A DNA stretch of 48,191 nt, filler included, from Streblomastix strix (lineage: Eukaryota), in assembly GCA_008636045.1 (NCBI GenBank). It is 2 parts of 2 records of this genome, joined end to end, with 100 filler letters (N's around TTAATTAATTAA, not from the genome) between each part and the next. Parts side by side here need not be neighbours in the genome. Positions count along the whole stretch, not along the records: positions 24,187 to 48,191 come from SNRW01000250.1; 1 more part is not named here. One strand, written 5' to 3'. The notes under the pieces are model-generated. The model saw only the letters and a program-made list of their open reading frames with translations, was not told the origin of the DNA and did not search any database. Below, one piece after another: positions 38,781 through 48,191 of the stretch (the first letter of the stretch is position 1; each line of letters opens with the position of its first letter). The translations under genes were made by a program, and so were the position numbers.

Positions 38781-39281
38781 TTAAAAAAAATAAATTAAAT
38801 TAAAAATTTAACTTTAAACGCAAAGGAAAAAAATTGTTAATAACATATTTATCATATTAAAAATGTTTGAAGTAGACTGGTTAAAGGATAGTATTAAAAT
38901 TGAAAGATAATAAATAAAATTTAAAATTGTTGAGCGATTATGGATGAATTAAGTAAGTAAATATAAGAAGAAATTAATACTATTTAATTAAATAATTAAA
39001 TATATCAAATAGAAATGTAGTGCTGTCATTGTCAAATGTTAAAAAATGTAACCTTAATAATCAAAATAAACTAAAAATACTGCAAATGAAAACACTTATA
39101 GGGAGGGATTGAACCGAAATCTTCTGCAAATAGATATATATTGGAGAAGCATGAAGTTCATGAGGTGGGAAAAAGGTAGAATTCCAGATACATGAATAGC
39201 TACGATAACCTTCCCATTTCATTATGATATTATCTAGCATCCACGTAATCTGGACTACGTTCTTATTCTGAGACTTGATCA

Positions 39282-40250
39282 TCATTAAAAGCTTACCAGT
39301 GTATCCATCACTGTATCATTTAAGTTCATATCATAGTGAACAGCCATAGTGCTAGGTCCATCTTTATGTCTAGATACCCTGTTGATCTCTTGGATTGTAG
39401 CCCCTTGATCAATACTTTTAATGATTAATGATTTACGGACTGAAGTAACTGAATTCCCTTTCATTATTCTAGATGCTTGCATGATAATATGTGCAGCTTT
39501 GGAAAAATATTCATAGGATGAAACGTTCTTGTTCTTAAGTCGCCATCAGAGTGATTTATCTCGATCTTCTTTTCTACTTAAACCAATCCAACTACTAAGC
39601 CATGTTGTAGCGCACACCTTAGAGTTAGACAGAGGTCTGAATGTCACAGATAAATAGTAATTATCACCTTTCAATATTGATGTACTTAAATGCCATACAT
39701 TATCTTCCATCATGACTACTGAGGCTCTATGAATTTCAACTAAACGAAGAATAGAAAATGCCATAATTGAGGATATTATGCATCCTAAGTGTTTTTATTC
39801 ATTTATTCTTTGTTTAATATCAGCTCATTTTTGTATATGCTTCAGAAGGATATCTAACCAATAAATTGGTTCTTCCTTTCTCTTCTTCATTGTAGCTGCA
39901 AGGGGTTTTTCATAATCAGCTTTAGTGCAAACCCATTTATTCTCTCTTCATGGAAGCATTGGATCCTGAATAACATCTCCAATGCTGTTCAACATGCATT
40001 CTAATTGGCATTTATAGCATATACTGAGATTTGTAAGACATTAAAGTTCGATAAAATTGTTTCTGTATCTTTTATAATTTTCAAAACTTCCCATGACATT
40101 CCAGATTTAGTCCAGAACTCTTCAAACTCTCCTATTCTTTACCTATGTCTGCTCCAAATGCTATGCCATCCATCAATAACTTATATTGTTGCACCATCAG
40201 TGAATTACCTTTTCGAAAGTATCCATTTGAACGGTTCCTCTCCTCTGTCA
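39282..40250 (-). pseudogene. Tyrosine recombinase of the DIRS element
   Basis: ILRLVEIHRA (R), TSVRKS, SRHK, VHYD (Y); internal TGAs; stop at TGA 39282-39284. Confidence 0.85.
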
Positions 40251-42160
40251 CCTCTAATCGAACTGCGAGTAACTCGCCTGGTGGAAGATGCTTTTTAGCT
40301 TTCCTCATCCTAACCCCTGGTTTCAACACGTCTGCGCTTTTTCCCAGGTTAACATAATTGGTTGATAGCTCCATCAGACTTGGCCACCATGATTGGGATG
40401 GCCAGCATGGCACTACAATTAATGCTGTGACATTCTCGTCCCTGACTTTGTTGAACATTGTTAGGATCATTGGAAGTGGAGAGTGAAGGTACGGTAGATC
40501 TCTCTTCCACGTTAGCGACATGCAATCTTATCCCATTGCCTAGCTGTCAAGAATCATGTTCGCAAATTGTTTCAATTTTCGGTTCCTCCTGTTTGCAAAC
40601 ATATCTGTTAATGGTCGAATCTTTAATGATCGCAGAGCTTACTCGAAGACTTCTTGGTGTAGTGAATAACTCACTAAGGTAGCTAATTTGGATATTAGGT
40701 TCGGGATCCTGTTTGTTACTCTTTGAATGTGGAATGTGTGAAGCTGGAGGTTGAGAACTTCTGCTGTTTCTAGAGTTCGATCTACAAATTTCGTGAGTGC
40801 TACGGCAGCTGAACCCCGATTGAAATTATATGCAGCTAAGCTATTATCTGTCTCGATCTTAAGTGATTTTATCTATCTTTCTTTTAGGTAACTCACTGAT
40901 TGGCAAAGCGCGCAAAGAATAGCTGCCGCATCTCTCTGATTGATGCTAATAAGATGCCAATTCAGGCATCAATTGCCCCAAAACCAAACCTCATGAGCCG
41001 AATCTTGCAGTTTCAGCGTTGCTTCCCAATCTGTAAGACTCGCATCTGTTGATTATGTAGCTTAAGCTAAGGCTATTATAGCTTAAATCAGTTTATTTCT
41101 TGCTACCATCGACTTCCACCAGAATATCTCCTTCAAAATCTACATATTCGGAGATGCCAATGCATTCCAACCTTTTTGCAGAGCTGTCCATGATTCGATC
41201 TTATTTAACTTCTTCAGTTTGATTCAGCTTCTCTTAAATAATAGTCGCAGGAAATTAAGAGACCCGATGAAACTAGCCAGGAATCTCACTTTCACCATTT
41301 GATAATACATTACAATCCTTCTCCATCTACTCAGCATTTGGTTTATCTTCTTTTGTCTACTAAGAGTCATTGATAATTGATCTTAATTGGAATCTATCTG
41401 CTATTCTAGAAACTTCATTAACATTGTTGGTTGAAATACCGACTTGTTCATTGATATTTTGAACCCAAAGTTTGTAAGAATAATAATGATTAGCTATTTC
41501 TTGCAGATCAGTTCTTCTTGATTCTGGTGTGAAATGATGATATCGTCGCAATATGCAATGATTCGGACATGAATAACTTCTCTGATGAATTTTATCACTG
41601 GAAGAAGAGTCTTATGAAAGATGAGTGGAGCATGCTTGACCCCGAAACACATTGCTTTATTTTGATAGTATTTATGATTGAAAGTGAAACCGAGGAATGG
41701 TCTGAAATCTTAATCCACTTGGATATGATGAAAGGCGGACTCTAGATCGATTTTACCATGAAGTCCTTGGGTTGCAGTAGTTGTCAAAGACTTTGAATAT
41801 CTTCCATTTTGAAATGTGTTGAATGGAGATGTTTATTCAATAGAGAGCAATCTGTTATCATTCTCCATTTTCCCTGATCATTCTTCGATATTGCATAGCA
41901 AGAACTGATCCATTTCAGTTAATTTAGAGACACTTCCTTGACTATTTCTTCCTGCAGCTCCTTCGAAATTAGTAGATCTAGTGCTTCTTAACTCTCTTTA
42001 GATCGACTCTGAATAGGAATTGTCATATTTGAATGTAGGCTAGATGATGATTGCTTGTTTATCCAGTATGCTTTTATACCCCTAGTTATCAGTGTTTCTG
42101 CTTTGATAAGTTTCCATATATTCATAAATGGATCAGCCTTCCGCCTATTACCCATTTAGT
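40130..42160 (-). pseudogene. Reverse transcriptase-RNase H-methyltransferase-like ORF of the DIRS element
   Basis: RT: WRMITDC, DLESAFHHI, MCFGVKHAP, AYCDDI. RNase H: TDAS, ETDN, FHIP. MT-like: DMFANRRN...YLHSP...LIVVPCWPSQSWW. Frameshifted. Confidence 0.9.
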
Positions 42161-42601
42161 TTGAGTCTGGTGATCGTCTAGTAGGTATTTGATGTGATTA
42201 GAAGAGATTTAGATTGATGGATATTCTCTACTGAGTTAGGAATCTATTGTAGTTTGATAGCCAGTTGTTTGAGGAGATTATACTTGTAGTTGATGAGAGT
42301 CTTGAAGAAGATTGCCAGATGATTACTGACCTGTTTGATAGAGAAAATCTGTTGATAATTACTGGATAAATTCGGGTTTATTTTCGATGTTAGGAAATGT
42401 AATACCTATTGGGGAAGTTGACACCACTCTAGCTGGATCTCTAAGCCGATTTTGATGATAGATATTTTATTGTTCTGTGTTGATTGAATTTGATTATGGA
42501 GTGTACATTGATTCTTGAATATAATCTTCTAATTTACATTTATTTTTCGGATTATTCATTATTATTTTATTATGTGAATCCATCTTACTCTTTTTCTTGT
42601 A

Positions 42602-42807
42602 TTGCAGGGTCCAAGGGACCGTCTCTCCAACGCACTTCACCAACTGCTTATTGCTTTGCAAGGTCCAAGGATTTCTCATCCCGACATACTGGCTCATTTT
42701 CTCCACTTTAGTCAGGGTCCAAAGAGATTCTATCCCGACGCACTGACTTAATTCTACTTTCATTGGCTTTGTTTGCAGGGTCAAAGGATTGGACATCCCG
42801 ACGTACT
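42602..42807. repeat. Four imperfect 35-bp repeats (periods 54, 54, 63 bp) encoding a peptide repeat
   Basis: Units like TTGCAGGGTCCAAGG...ATCCCGACG(C/T)ACT start at 42602, 42656, 42710 and 42773. Minus strand reads (Q/K)(Y/C)VG....(W/L)TL. Confidence 0.8.
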
Positions 42808-43079
42808 GCATTAGGTTGATCACCTGCAATTGATGGAATGTATTTAATTGTAATAACTGATTAATTTAATTCAATTGAGAATGTTTAATTATTGAATTTG
42901 ATTTGAATCCTTCCTCATAATTATTCAAATTTTTGGGGTGAAGTTTTTTTTACAGAAATACGCTATTTAGGGATAGTGAATGGTACAGAGGGGTGTGAAG
43001 TAGAGGTTTAGTGTTGTATGAAGTGATTAGAGTTGGATTCGGATCCTGGCAATCAGGTAGAGTTTTATCATCAGTACGA

Positions 43080-43680
43080 TTCGAGTAATTATTGAATTTG
43101 AAGCTCTTTGGCTTAAGCTCGCAATTAAATCCCCTCTTGGTTTGAATCCGAAATTTCTCTTATTCTATCTCTTCCTTCCTCTGTTCAAACAATTATATCT
43201 TGTAAAAATGTTCCCAAACTTTCTTCCTCCAATATTTATTTATTTCCCAGACTTTCTTTTGAATCTTTCTTTTGTTGGCAACGATAGTACATCCTCAGCT
43301 ATAGGACCTTAAAATACTCCTTTTAACCTTGACTCTCTTTCAACCTGTGAATCAGCAACAGATACATACGAGGCTTCAAAAGCTTTAAGCATCCTTCCTA
43401 TTAGATTATTCGTTTCATTCCTTGCTGCTTCATTAATCAGCATCGCCATTTCTTAAATAACTGCCACTATAGATTCTAGATATTTCCGTGCATATCCAGG
43501 TCCTTCCTCCTTCAGCAGAGGTCCAACTTCAGGCATTGGAAAGATAATATTGGCACCATCCCTAGCGATTTCCTCAAAAAGCTTCTACCTCGCGACTGGA
43601 TAGAGTGTGTAACTTAGCATATCAATTATCGATGCACGCTTCAACAGCAAACCTTCAAATGTAGTAATGAGATCCTAAAC
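43080..43680 (-). pseudogene. gag-like ORF of the DIRS element (partial)
   Basis: Open helical frame (...FPMPEVGPLL...AFEASYVSVADSQVERESRL...) upstream of RT. Assigned by position. Confidence 0.55.
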
Positions 43681-45973
43681 AACCTTCTTGATTTATATGT
43701 TGAAATAGATTCTTAAAATATTCAGTATTCTTCGAATATTTAAAATCACATTAACATACTAAGTATCTTCTATCATCCTGATCTAAATGAGTTGGATCTA
43801 AATGATTGAATACTAAAATGAAATTCAATAAGTTCTTTCCAACACGTGAACTAGAGAATTTCGTATGAATTTCTAATGTTGTATCTGTAATCAATGGTTT
43901 TAGCTTATCAATCTCATGTCCAATTGAGGCACTGAATGTAATAAGCCCATTATGCATAATAAATATTCTATTACTCAAGATAGAATTGAATTAGCCAGTC
44001 ACTGATGTTAATGAAGTAATATTTTTTAATGAATATCCAGATACTAACTCAGACAGTACATCTGTGAAAGTATTTTTACCACAGCCTTATCCACCTCTTA
44101 AGATCATTGAAACACGAGTCTGTTATTCTTGATGTTATTTTATTAATGCAAACCATTTCAAAATATATTCATAAACAGTTGTATCTCTGGAAAAAGTTAC
44201 ATATTTTATGTGATCAAGATAAGATTGTATTAATTACATGTTAATTTGCTTTAATCAATGATATTTCCAGCATTAAAACATAGAAAACACATCTTGATCT
44301 TTACTTTTAAACTCAATTTTCTTAATTAAGAATATCGAATTACATGTTATAGCTAATTACCACAGTGCTTTAGACTTTTTTATATTAATTGAGCTGGAAT
44401 CATGTTTAATATATCTTATGCACATGATTTGCTTTTCCAAACGAAAATATATTTCTTTTCAAGATTATTTTATTATTTGTATAAGAATATTACAATATCA
44501 GAGTGTATGTATCTCATTATCTTAGTCATATCAGATATAATATCTTCAACACACTCATATTCTCCTTTATTAATCTTAGTTTATATATCTACTAACTCAA
44601 ATCAGTCAGTTAAATCAAAGTTATTAACTGTACTTTTTGCTAGATCAATGAAATCATCATCATTCTAAGACTTACTACTTGGTTATGATTTAATATCTTC
44701 AGATTTTACTTTAATTGGTAAGTATTCACTATTGTTATACTCTTCGTTAGTTAATCTAACTAATTTCTCAATTTAATGATGTGTACATGATCTTTCAGCA
44801 AGTCTAATACGAATTCTACCGAAGTTTGATCTAGCTTTGATAGTTAGACCATGAATTTAATTAATTTTATTGTAAGCTTCTTTAGTCCACTGTAGATCAA
44901 CATCAGCAATTGCTGCCATTCCATTAACTGATGAAAATAACTTAAATAGAGTTGCTTCTTTATCAGATTTAGCAGCAGAATTATGAATAATTAGATTTCT
45001 AAGGCCATTTATTAATATATCAGCTAAATAGTTCGTCATATTAACATTTTAACTTGCTTTATAATCTTATTCTGGCTATTCATAATATTTATTACGCTAA
45101 ATATCAAATCCAAGTATTTCAAATACCACTGATATGAGATCTAGATTTTTCTTTTTATCAAATTTTATTTTCGTTTTCCCTAACTTCTTGTATTTAAATA
45201 CTTGATTTGATTATTTTGATTATTATATCTTATTTACTGTATCATATTCAAAGTTTTTGATTCTTGAATCAGGTAAAACTACACATCTCCTACATTCATT
45301 GCAATCTACACAAGCAAATATATCTACATCGTACTTCTCAGTAGATATTTTTTTTAACAATTAAATTCCCAGCAAATGAAATTATAGGATCCATAATACA
45401 ATATATAAGTAAACCTCCATGACCAGTTTTAACTAAGACTACGTTTAATTCTGATTGATAAATATTCTCTACGAGTTCATTTCTTATGGGATTTCTCTCT
45501 TCTTCACTTAATTTCTTGTCAATATCTACATCAACAATAACTAAGTATGGATAATCAGCAATATTTATAGCTTTACCAGTAATATTCCTAGTTTTTAATG
45601 GTTTTTATTACTCATCATCATCATCTAATGGAATAATTTCATCATTGAATTTCTTGAAATAACATAATTATATCAATTTCTGGGAAATTCTTGGAGAAAA
45701 TTCTTTAGATGTATAATAATAATAATTTTCCTGTATCGCTTTAATTTACTTTATAAGCCTATTAACTACAAATAAATTAAACTCTTCTAATGAATCATTA
45801 AGAAGTGATTCAGCTTCTTAAAGCATCTTATTATAGTCAAATTGCAATCAATCAGCCATTTTATAGTAGCATTCATGTATTTCTTATAATTTTGCTTGAG
45901 AATACTATGAAATTTATGATTTGATTTCTAATTCATCGGGAGATAATTATGAAACTTTTGAACTTTGTGCCAT
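43680..45973 (-). pseudogene. AEP primase-polymerase fused to SF3 (D5-like) helicase; disrupted and 3'-truncated
   Basis: VIVDVDI and VKTGHGGL-IY (Prim-Pol motifs), Walker A LRGGQGCGKNTF (~44070-44100), KLKPLITD, DRRYLV. Confidence 0.88.
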
Positions 45974-46293
45974 TTTGCCATCTACTTAAAATGATGTTTT
46001 TTAAAAAAAAAGATTAATTAAAAATAATAATAAAAAATATATAAAAAGAAATAAATAATTTTAATAAAAAATTGGAAATTAATTATTTTTAATAAAAAAT
46101 AAGAACTTAAATGTCCTCTAGCACCAAGCACCACGACGCATCAAATTAATTTTAATTTTCTTATTTTTAACTAACTTAATATATATAAAATAGGATCATT
46201 AATAATTATTAAATCCGCAAAAGATATTTCTTATTGATTTGTCATTTATAATTTATAAAAATTAATTTAATACACATCTTATTTTTCTATCTT

Positions 46294-48191
46294 TCATTCA
46301 ATTCTAATCATAGTTCCACCAACTTCACCAATGATTTCAAAGTTTTAAAACCTATGGATCAGGCGCATCATCAAAAGTAAATCTAATGATAGCATCACAG
46401 AGATAGTGCATCTAGGGAGTTATCTAAGCATATGTTGGAGTAGGATATGCTCTTGTTGCTATAAATGAAATAAGATTGTTTTGATTTTCATCGGCACTGA
46501 ATTTAATCAATTCTGTACCGACAATTCTTTCTGTTAAACTACCTGTAAGAGACACTTAAATATTAGTTCTGGCACCCATTTTAGACGCATTGTATCCTCT
46601 CATGAATGAATCATCAGTTCCCATCATCCATACAAGCATGAATTTATGAGGATAATTTATTTTTACTGCTTTACTTCCTCGATATAACGTAGTATTATAG
46701 AAGATACTCTCTCTCTTAGTAGTTATTACCCATATGACCATAATAATCATTATCTGCTTCATTTATGGTTTGATTTTGGAAATTCAATGAATGATATAAA
46801 TCTGATTGTACAGAAATTAAGTCTTATTCAACAATGCATTCGAGCAATTATGAAGAGACTGTTGAATTCAACGATGTATATTCTTATTAAATTAGATGCC
46901 GCAGATCAATTTCCAAATTGAACTTCTAAAATAAAATAGGGAAAAACCAAGTTGGTTATTAATTCATTGCAAATGTAATAAACATAGCTTTTATGTTTGA
47001 ATATGACATTATACTTTACATAGAACCACCACTAGCTACGAATCCTCGAAATGGGAAATTAATTGATTATGTACGTATAATTTACGTTGGAAAATTCAAT
47101 ATTTTTTGAGTTCTTACCATATCAATGATAGTTACTTCATTCTCCATATTGAAACCAACATTATAAATATCTAATTTATTAAATCTTGCATCTTTAATTT
47201 AACTTATTGTATTTGTAGTCATTTTTTCAGTAGCTAGTTTTCCTTTCATATTAACAATTCTTACGCTTTGTGGAAGATATGAACCTCCTGCTGTATTTAA
47301 TAAGTAAATTATATCATGTTTCTTCGGTGGAATTATTTAATAAGCTAAATAATCATTTGTTACTAGATTATACTTATTCAATCATACAACTTTCAAATCT
47401 TACAAGAAATTTTAAGTCCATAACTATAAATGTAGCGATGCATATTTACGTGTTAACACTGGAAATGAATTGAAAATAGGTTTTAACTAGTTTAAATCAA
47501 GAACTTCAGCAATTGTTTTATCTAATAGAAACTTATAATTAAAACTTGCAGCAGCAAACTCTGAAACTGGAATTTTTAAGAAGATTCCACAATGTCTTCT
47601 TCCTCTAACTATTGATTTTAATGGTGATACATTGACAGAATTATTTATACATAAATATGATAATGAATTTGCAGCTATAACAACTTATTCTCTAGCATAA
47701 ATTGATGATTCCCATAGTTTTGTTTTATCTTTACAGATTGCAATTTATTAGAATGGTCCACAAGCTGTTGAATAACCAAGCCATAGCTTAATACGTTCAA
47801 TGGGTTCAATTGGTTATTAAGTTGGTCCAGCACTTATATACATAGTTTGAGTCCAATCTGCTTATGGATCATCTTGTCTATTGAAATTTACTATTGATCT
47901 AGCGTTAGTTTCAGTGTCATTATTTGTTGGATGAGCTGTTTAAATAAATTATTATGCAAATCTCTCTATAATGATAGTGACTTACCAACTAACTTAACAT
48001 GATTATGCCATTGAACAAGTAGTATTATCACTTGCACCTAATGGAGCTCTAGTATATCTTTATCCATCACTTGTTAGTTAAGATACAGGTTAATCAAAGA
48101 ATTCTTATCTACTTAGTTAGAAACTCTATGGATGAATTGATGATTATCTTAATACTTCTGACATTGCTGAATAAGTAGATATATAATCATA
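46294..48191 (-). pseudogene. Probable major capsid protein (double jelly-roll), more than 620 codons, frameshifted, 5' end outside the window
   Basis: Beta-strand-rich sequence: GPFQQIAICKD..LWESSIY, FNSFPVLT, NIKAMFITF, C-terminal PQMHYLCDAIIRFTFD..EVGGTMIRIE*. Call rests on size, composition and context. Confidence 0.6.

Larger units (their letters stand above)
39090..43680 (-). mobile_element. DIRS-type tyrosine recombinase retrotransposon, degenerate, 5'-truncated
   Basis: Gene order gag-like, RT, RNase H, methyltransferase-like, YR on the minus strand. Confidence 0.9.
43680..48191 (-). mobile_element. Endogenous Polinton-like virus segment, continuing beyond the window
   Basis: Primase-helicase gene next to a capsid-like gene; intronless; TAR=Gln. 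Confidence 0.75.

Noticed and set aside
42602..42807. CRISPR array
   Set aside because: Repeats are degenerate, spacers are short, periods are multiples of 3 within a coding frame, there are no cas genes, and the context is a eukaryotic retrotransposon.
1191..47473. Most ORFs in the supplied standard-code track
   Set aside because: They are fragments of TAR=Gln genes or antisense/shadow frames. For example 1191-1451, 4749-4946, 12789-13019, 14400-14624, 35217-35603 and 44402-44668 overlap better-supported genes.
1..48191. tRNA/rRNA genes and viral TIRs
   Set aside because: No cloverleaf, rRNA-like segment or long terminal inverted repeat pair was recognisable by eye. tRNAscan-SE and a self-dotplot would be needed to exclude them.

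Overview
Very AT-rich eukaryotic DNA whose real genes open only if TAA/TAG are read as Gln and TGA is the sole stop. The supplied standard-code ORF track is therefore mostly fragments or shadow ORFs. This code, the short GT-AG introns and the gene families are consistent with an oxymonad such as Streblomastix (inference). Contents: (i) 1-14.6 kb and 43.7-48.2 kb are decayed endogenous Polinton/Maverick-like viruses, with a full-length protein-primed PolB, a second truncated PolB, an rve integrase, two penton-like genes, KilA-N, an AEP primase-SF3 helicase, a probable major capsid protein, a basic protein with repeated GG motifs and an intact 69-aa protein resembling the adenovirus protein VI lytic helix; (ii) hAT-, Sola2- and TA-flanked DNA transposon remnants, one carrying a host gene fragment; (iii) a cluster of signal-peptide/GPI-type surface protein genes with degenerate papain-like domains and Cys-rich 'DPR' repeats; (iv) a DIRS-type tyrosine-recombinase retrotransposon; (v) an assembly gap at about 24.1 kb. 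All translations were done by hand, no searches were run, and pseudogene boundaries are approximate.
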